The translations under genes were made by a program, and so were the position numbers. This document shows, one piece after another, positions 47,901-56,726 of a DNA stretch of 64,000 nt (position 1 is the stretch's first letter; the number at the start of each line of letters is the position of its first letter). The stretch is from positions 32,001-96,000 of IMG/VR virus record IMGVR_UViG_3300032319_001025; one strand, written 5' to 3'. Origin of the DNA: a virus (Duplodnaviria > Caudoviricetes). The notes below the pieces were generated by a model. It did no database searches, was not told the DNA's origin, and saw only the letters and a program-made list of their open reading frames with translations.

Positions 47901-48663
47901 CGTATTGGGTCAAAAAAATATTGGCCAGTATGAAGTTCTAGATGATGCAGTTGATGGCTCATCTTTGTTCCCATCTGCTTCAACTGTTTATACAAAAGCA
48001 TTTACCGAAAACGCATCTTTAAAACCATTAAGCAATAAGACTGATCAATTCTTCTTTTTAGAAAAAACACCAGTCAAGCTTTACAAAAAGATTTTATCTG
48101 TCGGACCCGCTGAAGGCAGTTTAGCTAACGTGCTAGTAGACTCGCCTGAGTTAATAACAAGACTGACAAGCTCGAGCGGTGCTTATCTGACAATGCTAAA
48201 CAAGCTTAACTACGATACCAATATACACCATGGTATTGATGGCTATCAGTATTACACTGGCTTGATGCAAGAAGTCAACAAAGTAATATACGGCGATCCA
48301 ACTTCTGTGATCCAATATCCTGGATATAAAGCTGCTGGTGCTAACGTTGATATTAAACCTGCTATTATCAAAAAGATAACAATGTCGTTGAGCGTCAGAA
48401 TTAAAACCGATCTCACATATTCAGAAGTTCAAGATTCTGTTAAAGCCGCTGTAGCTGGATATATTGCAACTCTAGGTGTTGGTGAAAGCGTATCTTTATC
48501 TGGAGTTATAGCTACAGCAACAAACTTAGAAGGAATCGTATCGGTTGTTATAACTGACCCCACATTTGCTTTGGGTAGCGATTTAATTAAAGTTAACCCT
48601 GATGAGAAAGCTTTAGTAATTAATCCAGCCACGGATATAACTGTTACCATAACAGGTACTTAA
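41959..48663 (+). CDS. Giant baseplate wedge protein (gpJ/gp6-like) with inserted beta-rich and carbohydrate-binding-like modules
   Basis: N-terminal DLNPGS...FTNGRDADSDENIRQRI; C-terminal YKAAGANVDI...YIATLGVGESV; three W..Y..GD.V.Y....Y...P...W repeats. Confidence 0.85.
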   Translation: MANLPQLVTREQLIGLIVDSMLSRLEDVNDLNPGSTLSQIAESVGQVMYKPYADVISMVDALSVDRAIGEALQRLALDKNVPIFPALPSSGNINITDLTFSKIQSSVYSGQPAPVAGSLVVYVSDASQFLSSGTIYIGRGTDNSEGPLAYTSITPQSGGTYYAINLSPTSPTVKFHNIGETVVMGQGGNRTIPAGTIVQTPQGQLSTSVSFFTTLPATILDGEVTVENIPVVSQQTGTIGNVPKNAIQLVLNLGFSASSTNPLPFTNGRDADSDENIRQRIKDYEQLKAKGTSESIRAASLNITSPDELKTTTSSSVVNYSDTSAALVFDDGTGYEPIFTGVGLETVVAEALGGETNLQLRNIPIAQARLKTDVGYPYSVPDLYSLSVSVNGVATTHQFKSSDFKVATAATALEVASSINANANINFSANTSDGGKNVVIFPKDPTLNNIKVNTLSSNDANSYLKFPTDNEEFTLRLYKNDELLYQDGLPAQLYTKSKSLWSTGIIPNDTLIYNVDSTQDITVTLTNINFQRINPTSTVNSTESIDIWVEVFNSLMPGVTASVDGDKIKFASNKGLNDLARIEIVGGTLASKIFDTSAALISEGQSSDYTLNRNTSQVGLSVSVQEGDSITAGSKFTRAKILSTSLPNGVSTSGNLWFILDGGAEVIPSGIRGTTQIKFTLSGTTVTLNGRNILNTSIAEGFESVKAGDWILVWTNGSDGLQTNPGFWRIETAETGQLTFSNALGATTGWITNPPINKILFTRSLAPIQKVSYTGPATLASLESQIRSQLLGSNVDAVGSKLRISTATLDSTGEILCIAADESAASLLLTTGTVIKNTTSHVGFNITDDLNYGIPSFTHDTLSALNLATSEFTPTLDYIDLNGDTFDYIEFLDKFNTANESNVSESNKNRRIFVKNYDSLTGAVTGLIPNYMQTGQSIPQVSDRFFLRKSYQFDCEDTVNVTIDGNSETKYYSLPVSRNLLVSNAIVPTTTSFSADDAQSDLTLNDVNSFNGFDFADFKVWRKAHYNITNIITGLDINVHSASFGPSGNLTRFGFLYPTDTTQTSLSYTIDVSDTVDIGIVLPVKDLRLPTWDGTSAFTVSVLPGVNGEEYVTYQYRVGTQPSFVTTSNVSTDDIVMISGYSDLLNNNKDLTAIVTSVTPTSFTIKRQIGSATSDALAFDSIDIDGTVSGGFPSGKITLTYSGTHNISTGNRIGLYDTTALSLNPTSRPANSTYFVSSVSGSTIIVPINTSIPGGTITSATLNGATFKVYTNVTNLAAGDLIKFRNIGASFSNKIYQVSNVGVGYFECTINNTAGTFSIVAATRYDFQSYGADVTNASTISSVSRSGSTVTVTLSAAPPYTPSTGDLVQISGLNVQDWSSVTTYVIGDVIEYNSLLYKSLQNANLNNPPDISPTFWTLTDENLEGVFIVTNTGPLTFTYKYRSTAGSSSATGGTATKMKSVAKLARCIGGSSSYLQIMSVGATAQEIIDYVANNISDIISITNVTGGSTSATVSVSTENSSQYLTGNITNYRTTKSSRKVVFTTSAVVPKGSTITVSGISSDYNKTYTVLDSVASGGGSLITCQSEKTAATTGNNAVAGTYLGTLPYVMLYDGANSISTSDLTINPQFNLKQAWTDAPEIGEELCIVAANKEHLYRFWNRLIVSGIKNVANVENPKYNEELQISSQKLGTEGSVEVLSGTANSATVALVGSGKSQNNRLGLITIPYQLRQGLVPGNWISLSQTIQEKKTNGFDDTTVISVSTTSSIATVSIASGSGQFITKRSTSINNTTVFKVERHGNFTAFVKIDGTSPALYTAGVQEGDWVRIANVLPQTWNIGKSYIVGNKVKYGISETRYVSIQNGSGQQPDISPAYWKQYSDYSVNLSYSTGDYVLYSGRLWIALASSTPASPVIPGNDATVWKNFEFDVGNAGVYQVVRVYNQDTFWVEGDLVEEVTQILDPADMTFYSYDSIMPGDILVVSGDVLGQKNIGQYEVLDDAVDGSSLFPSASTVYTKAFTENASLKPLSNKTDQFFFLEKTPVKLYKKILSVGPAEGSLANVLVDSPELITRLTSSSGAYLTMLNKLNYDTNIHHGIDGYQYYTGLMQEVNKVIYGDPTSVIQYPGYKAAGANVDIKPAIIKKITMSLSVRIKTDLTYSEVQDSVKAAVAGYIATLGVGESVSLSGVIATATNLEGIVSVVITDPTFALGSDLIKVNPDEKALVINPATDITVTITGT

Positions 48664-48664
48664 A

Positions 48665-51055
48665 ATGGATAACACTAAATTATTTAGGCAGTATTTATCC
48701 AACTACATAGATGGACCAAATATTAATGCCATTCTTTATGCTTTTGGCGAAGCATATAATATTTTAGAACAGAACGGCGTAGCAGTAACAGATCAGCTAA
48801 CAATATCGACAGCTTCCGAAAGATACCTTGATAGATTATTAAGCGACTTAGCTATTACTAGACCGCCAGAGCTTGGTATTTCTGATTACTATTTTAGAAA
48901 AATAGGTATAAACATAACGGCATCTAAACAGATAACCAGTTCGTTACATTCAATACTGGAAATATTTTATGGTCCTGATTTTGTGCGGGGCAGCACGATC
49001 TGTACAAAAAGCGAACCATATGATCTATCAGGAAATCCAGATTTAAGTCTTATATTTGAAGACGGCGAAGTTAGAACGCTAGTGTTTTATTCAGCTAATT
49101 TTAGTAACGTGTTTCAAGCTACAGCTCAAGAAGTAGCTAACGTTATTAATGTTTGGATTAAAAATCAAAATTTAAACGCTTATGCAACTGTTGAAACAGA
49201 TTTTGACACAGGATTAAAATATGTAAAACTATACGGTGGAGCAAAAGGACCTTATAGTTTGATTCAAGTTTGGGGCGGAAGAGCACAATCGATATTAGAG
49301 TTTCCAACGATGCGTGATACTAAACTGGCACCGTTAAATACTACGACTTGGCAGATAACTAAAAATAACGAAACAACTATTAGAGTTAGATGGGACGGCG
49401 GACCGAAACCTAGCTTAGATAAAGTACTTATTGATGATAGAGTTTTAATTTATGGCACACCGTTTCAAAATGCTAATTCCGAATTAATAGGTTCGTTCAC
49501 TATAACGAACGTTAGCCCTCCTCAGAGCATTCCTAACGCAGATTCTGGATGGTTTGAATTCAAAGCTGTTTTACAAGATTTAAAAAACTCAACCCCTAAT
49601 GCATATCCACCACCAAATAGCCCTGGAAATATATATAGTTACACAGTAAATCAAACTGTTTACGATGATTTAAAGTTCTTTTTAGCTAGAAAAAATACGC
49701 CTTATTCAACAAAAAGATATGCTTTAGCTTTTGAACCTGCGGCCAACCTACTTAAAATATATTTACCAGCCACAACAACGATATTAGAAAGAGATTTGAT
49801 TGGTGCATCTCATTTGCACATGCTATATAACTATAGCGACTTTGATGGAACGTTTGGCGATCTATTAGATGATAATAAGAAAATTGAAATACTGAACACT
49901 TATTCTATTAGATACTATCAAGGAAGAGCTGACAACTCAGCTACTGGCGGAACGGTTACGTTACCTGGACCTACAGTTTTAAACATTTCTGAAATTTACA
50001 GAGAAAACGGTTATGTAACTATTATAACCGAAACCCCTCATGGACTTATTGGCGAAAATGAATGGCAAAACGGGATAGACTACACTGCTGGAACAATTAA
50101 GGTTTATAATAATTTTAATTGGTTAGCGTTACAAAACAGCGGGCCGTCATATGGTGGATCTAAACAGCCTGACGCAAATAGTCTTTTTTGGCAACAACAA
50201 GAGCCTACTAAAAACTATACAACAAGTACAATAATAGTAAATGCAACTGGTTTAATAGTTGACGATCCAGTAAATTCATTTTTAGGACCCTACACATTTG
50301 ATTCGCAGAGCAATTACACGTTAGCTAGTGGTACTGGTTTTATAAGATCGAAAATAAACGCTGGCGAAATTAAAACTAATATTTTAGTAACTGGAGGGTT
50401 TTCCCAGCCTGAAGGTTATTTAATGTTCGACCTTAATGAAAACTCTCAAGAAGGTCCTGTAAAGTATTTATACAGTCAGCAACAAAAATCTAATATTATC
50501 ACTAACATAGTTAACATTTCAAGAATTACAAATAAAGTAACTGTAACAACCAACGCTCCTCATAATGCAGTTCCTGGCTCTCAAGTAGTGATAAGCGGTA
50601 CTACTACTTTTAATGGTGTTTGGACTGTAACAAATGTACCGTCATCTAATGTTTATGATTTTGTACATACTTCATCTGGAAGTGCTATTGAGACATCTGG
50701 AGTAAGCACCACGTTAATTGAAGAGAACACTTATTTGTTAACTTTAGAATCAGGCTATCAGTTTAAAGAAACCCATAACATATTATCAGATTTAGACATT
50801 GTATCTAATCCGCAAGCTTATGTACCTAATATAGACGGCTCTGATTATTGTGCATATCTTACAGGCTCAGCCGATGCAAGAATATATTGTGAAACGTTAT
50901 TAAGAAGAATAATAGCCGCAGGTATAAAACTAGAAGTTATTGTAATCTATCCAAGTGATTTAGGTTTAGGCAATGAAGGCGATGGCACATCGCAATATCA
51001 AGCTGCACCAATATCAGAAGCGGCTACATACGTATGGGCATCTAGCTCAACTTAA
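48665..51055 (+). CDS. Baseplate wedge protein (gpI/gp7-like)
   Basis: ISTASERYLDRL...RP..GISD..FR; C-terminal IIAAGIKLEV; follows gpJ. Confidence 0.65.
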   Translation: MDNTKLFRQYLSNYIDGPNINAILYAFGEAYNILEQNGVAVTDQLTISTASERYLDRLLSDLAITRPPELGISDYYFRKIGINITASKQITSSLHSILEIFYGPDFVRGSTICTKSEPYDLSGNPDLSLIFEDGEVRTLVFYSANFSNVFQATAQEVANVINVWIKNQNLNAYATVETDFDTGLKYVKLYGGAKGPYSLIQVWGGRAQSILEFPTMRDTKLAPLNTTTWQITKNNETTIRVRWDGGPKPSLDKVLIDDRVLIYGTPFQNANSELIGSFTITNVSPPQSIPNADSGWFEFKAVLQDLKNSTPNAYPPPNSPGNIYSYTVNQTVYDDLKFFLARKNTPYSTKRYALAFEPAANLLKIYLPATTTILERDLIGASHLHMLYNYSDFDGTFGDLLDDNKKIEILNTYSIRYYQGRADNSATGGTVTLPGPTVLNISEIYRENGYVTIITETPHGLIGENEWQNGIDYTAGTIKVYNNFNWLALQNSGPSYGGSKQPDANSLFWQQQEPTKNYTTSTIIVNATGLIVDDPVNSFLGPYTFDSQSNYTLASGTGFIRSKINAGEIKTNILVTGGFSQPEGYLMFDLNENSQEGPVKYLYSQQQKSNIITNIVNISRITNKVTVTTNAPHNAVPGSQVVISGTTTFNGVWTVTNVPSSNVYDFVHTSSGSAIETSGVSTTLIEENTYLLTLESGYQFKETHNILSDLDIVSNPQAYVPNIDGSDYCAYLTGSADARIYCETLLRRIIAAGIKLEVIVIYPSDLGLGNEGDGTSQYQAAPISEAATYVWASSST

Positions 51056-51064
51056 AGGTTTTTT

Positions 51065-51511
51065 ATGATCAGTAAAATTATAACAGGACCGTCACTACTA
51101 ATAAAAATAAAACCAGAAAACGGTTTTGAACAAACTATTGGGTATGCTACAGATTTGCAATTAAATGTTGCACAGGGTCAAAAAGAAATCTTTGGTGTTG
51201 ATAGTCCATTTCCATTTGAAATAGCTCAAGGTGCCGCCCCTTCTTTGGTTCGCGGGACCATGGCTGTATACGTTTTAAAAGGTACGAACTTAGAAACCAT
51301 AGGGCTAGTTCCATATAGAAGCGATGATTCTAAAGAAACTATATCCCCAAATTCTAAGTACATTGATATCAATATATATGATAGAGCTTCTAAAACTTTA
51401 ATATATGGTATTAAAAACTGCAAAGTTTCCTCATATACAATTTCTGTGTCAACTAGAAATGTTTTGCGATGTTCGCTTACATTTAGTGGTATATTATTAG
51501 AGCCAGGATAA
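51065..51511 (+). CDS. Tail-tube paralog
   Basis: SKIITGPSLLIKI...IFGVDSPFPFEI parallels 24672..25133. Confidence 0.6.
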   Translation: MISKIITGPSLLIKIKPENGFEQTIGYATDLQLNVAQGQKEIFGVDSPFPFEIAQGAAPSLVRGTMAVYVLKGTNLETIGLVPYRSDDSKETISPNSKYIDINIYDRASKTLIYGIKNCKVSSYTISVSTRNVLRCSLTFSGILLEPG

Positions 51512-51541
51512 CTTATTGATTTTGCTATTTTTTTAATAATA

Positions 51542-51550
51542 ACTTAATCT
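51542..51550 (+). promoter_or_regulatory. Candidate late promoter motif ACTTAATCT
   Basis: Upstream of the fibre gene at 51571. Confidence 0.65.
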
Positions 51551-51570
51551 GATAAGTAAATACACAATTT

Positions 51571-54500
51571 ATGTCGGTTAAACGAAGATTAAAATTTTAC
51601 AGCGGTATTCGTCTTGATATACCACATATTCGTTCGCTAGAATCATCTGTATCTTATGATTTCGATTCGGCTTTGCGTGGTGTTATAACTGGCATATCTA
51701 GTCCATATGTTGTTAGAGGTTTTGATTTTGTTAATGCAACTGGACTACAAGCATCCAATCTTCAAATCAATGTTGCAAATAGCGTTATCTTACATAGCAC
51801 CGCTAGTGAAAGCGGTACAATCTTACAAGTACCTTCAACAGAATCAGTTCAAACATTAAATGCTTTAAACTCTAATGTTATCGGATCATTTCAAAATGGC
51901 GTAATCAACTACGTAGCTTTAGATTACAGAAGAGTTACTGACGAAAACTCAATCGATCAAACTGCTGGATGGTCACCCTCTGAAAAAATAGAGTTTCAAA
52001 GAACAGTGCCCATTTCTTCGGTGCTTGAATATAAGTTTGTAATTACAACTTCTGGCTTCGGCAACCTTTTACCTTTATATATAGTCGGCGTTGATTCAAA
52101 TGGATTTGTAACTTTTGTCACAAACTCTAAGCCTTCTCTATTTAGACTTGGTTCAGGTGGAGCTAATCCTAATCCGTTTAATTCTTTTGCTTTTGGAAAC
52201 CTAACCAATCCACAATCAGGCAACAGAAGAGAATATATTTACACTGGTTCAAGCACTACAAATCCTGTAAGTGTTTCTCCTGGTGATGATGCTAATGCTT
52301 TTGATTATGGTGACTGGTCTATTCATTCATTAAAAGAATGGATGGATGCAGTAATGACCAGGTTTAAAGAAATAACTGGTTCTGCATATTGGTACATAGA
52401 TAGCAACTTACCTTATGGTCCTGCAAGTTCTTTAAGTTTAGCTAACGTTTGGTTTGATTCTGGCGCTGGATCAGTAATGACTGGTGCTGGAAATATTGCA
52501 TACAATTATGTATTGCAAGCTGACTTAGCTTCTGGTTGGTCAACAGGTGTAACGTCTGGTGATTCGTATATTAAAGGTTCTTTGTCTGGTGCTACTGCTG
52601 TATTAAACTCTGTAATAAGCGATGCGACTTACGATTATTTATTAGTAACTGATGTTATAGGTAGTTTTGATTACGGCACTCCAGAACCTATCGTTAATAG
52701 AAGAATATTTAGACATAATTCGAGCTTATTTAATTTAACTACTTTCACTAGTGGCGGCTCGAGATATGCAATTTATCAAAGAATTCCAGTTTCAACTGCG
52801 ACTACTGTTGCAGCTACATTAGCTTCTGGACCTGGAACAGATGAGTATACAGTTACTTCAGCAGGCCATGGTTTATCTAATGGTAATATAGTTTGCATTA
52901 TAAACGGTACAAATAAAAAAGTAGTTTACGTACAAAATGCTGCGGCCAATACCTTCACTTTTAAAACGAAATACTTAAATGGTGTTGCAGTAGGTGCAAT
53001 TACACTGGCTAAAGTAACAGCTCAAGTAGACCAAAGCAAACATCCTTTTAAGTATAACTACACTTCTGGTGCAAGTTTTGATTTAGAAGTTAAAGACGCT
53101 AGCCCAGAAGCATATAATACATTTGACATATCTGCAAGTGCTTATTCTCCAGTTGATTTTGTTTACTCAATTGGTTCTAGTAGTTTGCCTGCACCTATTG
53201 ATGGTTCCGGCCCTATTATTTTTGATGGTGAAGTAACAAGTTCAAATGTTTCACCAGTTGGTGATTTGCCAGCAGGCGCTACATCTAATCCATATAACGG
53301 CCCAGTAAGTTGGGATAGCGACATATACATTAAAGGTATTGTAGGCAATAGATATTTTAAAGTACCTTCAACTGCTACCGCAGACCCTGCTGGAACTGCT
53401 GACATTTACGGAGCTGGCACTGCTTACTTAGAAAATGGTGAAGTAGCCTATATAGTTTTAGATAGAAATCAACCCGTAAGTAGCAGTCAATTGTTTTCAT
53501 GTGTTGCTGGCGGCCCAATAGTCGGATCTTCTACGCCAGTTGATTCTAGTGGTAATCCATTAGTAGCTGGCGACTTTGTTAAGTTTGCAAACGAAAGCGA
53601 TCAATACTGGCTAAAAATTGACAGTATTATAGGAAATACAATAACTGTAGTAAACGACAGCGGCGGAGCAGTTTCAACATTACAAAGACCTGCTAATAGC
53701 GGAGTTCTTTTGTATTCTAAAGGTTCTTACAGTACTGTTTATGTTGCACCACATTGGCAAGTAAATGCTAGCATTGATACTTACTGGTTAGCAGTTAGAA
53801 GAGACTTCTCTGGTGTTTCAAAAGTTTACTTTAGAGCATTAGAATTACAGCCTGGTGAATCAAGAACTATAAATGATAATCAATCAAATAATATTTTGAT
53901 TTATACTGGAGCTGGAACTGAAGCCGCTACCTCGCCTAACTATAGTCAAATAGATAACGGCCAATGGAGTAAAACCCAAACTCTAAAACTTCAATCATCA
54001 AACGCTATTGATACTTACAGCAAGCAAATAAGCTTTGTTGCAGCACCAAATCTTGGCTTCCAAAAAGAAGATAAACTCCAAGATGCTTCGGGCAATTTAT
54101 ATACTATTGAATCACTATTAACTAGTAAGACTGTTATAGTTAAAGAAGACGTTTCTGCATTAGTTAGTGGTGCGACCATAACTTATTATAGAATTAACTA
54201 CGCTATTGGCGAATCAGATAATTTGACACTAGCTGCTAGAAAAGAAGACAGGGAACTTGCAAAAGTTAATACTGAACTTTCAAGACCTGTATACGATGAA
54301 TCTGTCTATGTTCAAGACATGCCTTTAACTCTAAATCCAGGTAAAAATCTTAAGTCTGGAAGTTTTGTATATATTGGTACTCAAAATGCTCCAACCGCAC
54401 TAGCTTGGGTATTGTATGGTACTAGTGCTCAAACAGAAACTATTGAAGGTTCTTCAATAACAATGCCTGGAGGTTCTGTTTTTGGTGCAGGTAATTCATT

Positions 54501-55557
54501 AGTTCATATTTATAGCTCTGGTACAAATGGTGGATTTACTCACGGCTCTACAGTTTATCAAAATGGCGTGGCAATAGGTACTGTTAATAATGTTGCAAAT
54601 CCTGATTTTACAGCCCCTGCCATTTTAGCAACAAACTCTGTTGAAATGGTTTTACCGCCAAATAGAAGAACACAGGTTGTTAATGGCTCTACTTACTTAA
54701 CTTGGCCATCTAATTCGTTCTACAGTAAAGGCGATAGCTATTTATCTGGAGAAGATTTATTAGTTATTGCTAACGATAGCATTAGAGAAGCTAATATTGA
54801 CTATACTGAGACATTTGGCGGACCTAAAGCTAAAATTAGGATTGATAGAGACTTACCAGCCAATACAAGAATCAGGTTTAGGTCTTTAGGAACAGTTGGT
54901 TCTCCAGTTCACTCGAGCGGTGCTGGTATTATCGATTTACAATCTTCTTATAGTGCTGGCAACACAATTAATACATCTCTTTCAAACCCAGTTACTGTTA
55001 CAGCGACTGGAGCTGATACCGCTATTTCATTGACTGGTAATTTAGAAATCAATGGTGGCGGAACTAACGGTATATTTGGTAACACCGATCAAAATTTTGT
55101 AATTGGCGATGAAACAAATAAGCCAGCAGAATCTTGGACAGCTAAAGAATTTGTAAAAACTCATGCAAACTGGGCTAGCTCAGCGTGGTCTAATAAAACA
55201 GCGGTTCAAGTAACAACTAACAGTTCTCCTACTATTGTAACAGGTTCTGGTATTACAGTTAACACCAGTACAGTTGTTAGAGTTTGCATGACTGCTGTTG
55301 GCAGATCGAATACCAGTACTGGATATGCCTCGTTTAGAATTGAAGGTATGTTTAAACGAGAAGCTGGAAACGTTGTAGCAATTGGTTCGCCGATTAGTAC
55401 TATTATAGGTCAAGAAAATGATGGTACTTCCACCTCATTTATTTTTGGCGTTATGAATCCCGATACAATTTACGGTATATTAATTGGTAATCCATCTGTT
55501 CAGTTTAACTGGGCAACAACTATTGAATGGCAAGCAGTTAAAGATAGTGCTCCTTAA
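51571..55557 (+). CDS. Tail fibre / baseplate-attached structural protein
   Basis: 1328 aa, Ser/Thr/Gly-rich beta composition; position. Confidence 0.65.
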   Translation: MSVKRRLKFYSGIRLDIPHIRSLESSVSYDFDSALRGVITGISSPYVVRGFDFVNATGLQASNLQINVANSVILHSTASESGTILQVPSTESVQTLNALNSNVIGSFQNGVINYVALDYRRVTDENSIDQTAGWSPSEKIEFQRTVPISSVLEYKFVITTSGFGNLLPLYIVGVDSNGFVTFVTNSKPSLFRLGSGGANPNPFNSFAFGNLTNPQSGNRREYIYTGSSTTNPVSVSPGDDANAFDYGDWSIHSLKEWMDAVMTRFKEITGSAYWYIDSNLPYGPASSLSLANVWFDSGAGSVMTGAGNIAYNYVLQADLASGWSTGVTSGDSYIKGSLSGATAVLNSVISDATYDYLLVTDVIGSFDYGTPEPIVNRRIFRHNSSLFNLTTFTSGGSRYAIYQRIPVSTATTVAATLASGPGTDEYTVTSAGHGLSNGNIVCIINGTNKKVVYVQNAAANTFTFKTKYLNGVAVGAITLAKVTAQVDQSKHPFKYNYTSGASFDLEVKDASPEAYNTFDISASAYSPVDFVYSIGSSSLPAPIDGSGPIIFDGEVTSSNVSPVGDLPAGATSNPYNGPVSWDSDIYIKGIVGNRYFKVPSTATADPAGTADIYGAGTAYLENGEVAYIVLDRNQPVSSSQLFSCVAGGPIVGSSTPVDSSGNPLVAGDFVKFANESDQYWLKIDSIIGNTITVVNDSGGAVSTLQRPANSGVLLYSKGSYSTVYVAPHWQVNASIDTYWLAVRRDFSGVSKVYFRALELQPGESRTINDNQSNNILIYTGAGTEAATSPNYSQIDNGQWSKTQTLKLQSSNAIDTYSKQISFVAAPNLGFQKEDKLQDASGNLYTIESLLTSKTVIVKEDVSALVSGATITYYRINYAIGESDNLTLAARKEDRELAKVNTELSRPVYDESVYVQDMPLTLNPGKNLKSGSFVYIGTQNAPTALAWVLYGTSAQTETIEGSSITMPGGSVFGAGNSLVHIYSSGTNGGFTHGSTVYQNGVAIGTVNNVANPDFTAPAILATNSVEMVLPPNRRTQVVNGSTYLTWPSNSFYSKGDSYLSGEDLLVIANDSIREANIDYTETFGGPKAKIRIDRDLPANTRIRFRSLGTVGSPVHSSGAGIIDLQSSYSAGNTINTSLSNPVTVTATGADTAISLTGNLEINGGGTNGIFGNTDQNFVIGDETNKPAESWTAKEFVKTHANWASSAWSNKTAVQVTTNSSPTIVTGSGITVNTSTVVRVCMTAVGRSNTSTGYASFRIEGMFKREAGNVVAIGSPISTIIGQENDGTSTSFIFGVMNPDTIYGILIGNPSVQFNWATTIEWQAVKDSAP

Positions 55558-55566
55558 TAGGTATTT

Positions 55567-56724
55567 ATGGGTATTTTAAGTAAAATTAAAGGTTTTATAA
55601 AGTTATCAGAAGTTGCAGCTGATAGTGCTCAAACTTTATTGGATACCTCTGTAAACCAAGATGCTAATACCGTTATTATTCAAACCGCAAGCGCACTTGA
55701 AGATGCTTTAAGAAAACAAAGCTTATTGTTACTTTCTACTGGAAATGTAACTTGGGCATCTAACAAAATTACACCAGATGTTGGTGTAGATATGACTGTT
55801 AAGCTTTTTCAAAACTCTAACGGTCAAACTATCAACTTAAATTTAAGCTATGCAAATTTCTCATCTGGAGTTTCATTGCCAAACGATGGGGACGTTCTTT
55901 ATTTAGAATTAAACCGAAGCCTATTAACATCTGGAACTATTAGTATATATAATGGTGGTGGAAGCACTGGACAAAGAGCTGTGGTAGGCTCTGGAATGCC
56001 GCCTTTGGTAAACAATCAATCTGGCGGATTTCAAGGCACTATCTGTATTCCTATTGCTGTTAGACAAGGAACTAATCTTTGGTGGGTGCCTAGTAATTTT
56101 TATTGGGCTACAGGAACTGTTGGTACTTTAGGCACACCTGGTTCTACTACTGCTGTTCCAGTGGGTAGTGTTTTTTCTTTTGCTGGTTCCGTAACACCTA
56201 CAGGGTATCTACTCTGTAATGGCGATATTATACCCAACGGAGTTGGTACGGTTCAAGGAGTAACTGCAAACTGGAGTGCTTTATACGCAGTTATTGGCTC
56301 TACATACGGAGTAGCAGGGCAATTACCTGATATGCGAAGAAGAGTCGCTATGGGTGCTGGTGGCTCAGGAACTGGGACTATCGGGAACGCTATTGGTAAT
56401 ACAGGTGGCGAAGAAAACCACACTTTAACTGCTTCTGAATTAGCCAGTCATACCCATACTGGTAGCAATCAATATGTAAGAGTTGGGCCAAACAATGTTT
56501 CGCCGCCAACACCAGGACAGACATTTCTTCAATACGGTTCTGTTCCTACATGGACAGCAAACTGGTACAATAGTGGCGGTGGTGGTGGAACTGGCTCTCC
56601 TAGTGATAAGGGTGTTTTTGTTCAGGGCGCATCGGATGATTACACTCAAAAACTACCAAATGGAGCTTCTGGGCATAATAACATTCAACCTTCTTTAGTT
56701 TTAAATTATATTATTAAGGCTTAA
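55567..56724 (+). CDS. Tail fibre protein with tail-collar domain
   Basis: VPVGSVFSFAG...PTGYLLCNG...LPDMRRRV...GGEENHTLT...HNNIQPSLVLNYIIKA. Confidence 0.9.
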   Translation: MGILSKIKGFIKLSEVAADSAQTLLDTSVNQDANTVIIQTASALEDALRKQSLLLLSTGNVTWASNKITPDVGVDMTVKLFQNSNGQTINLNLSYANFSSGVSLPNDGDVLYLELNRSLLTSGTISIYNGGGSTGQRAVVGSGMPPLVNNQSGGFQGTICIPIAVRQGTNLWWVPSNFYWATGTVGTLGTPGSTTAVPVGSVFSFAGSVTPTGYLLCNGDIIPNGVGTVQGVTANWSALYAVIGSTYGVAGQLPDMRRRVAMGAGGSGTGTIGNAIGNTGGEENHTLTASELASHTHTGSNQYVRVGPNNVSPPTPGQTFLQYGSVPTWTANWYNSGGGGGTGSPSDKGVFVQGASDDYTQKLPNGASGHNNIQPSLVLNYIIKA

Positions 56725-56726
56725 TT

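Noticed and set aside
203-56698. Many short ORFs in the track that overlap long genes (e.g. 27662..28102, 28439..28873, 38243..38830, 16632..17018)
   Set aside because: They are antisense or alternate-frame shadows of well-supported genes, with no recognisable motifs.
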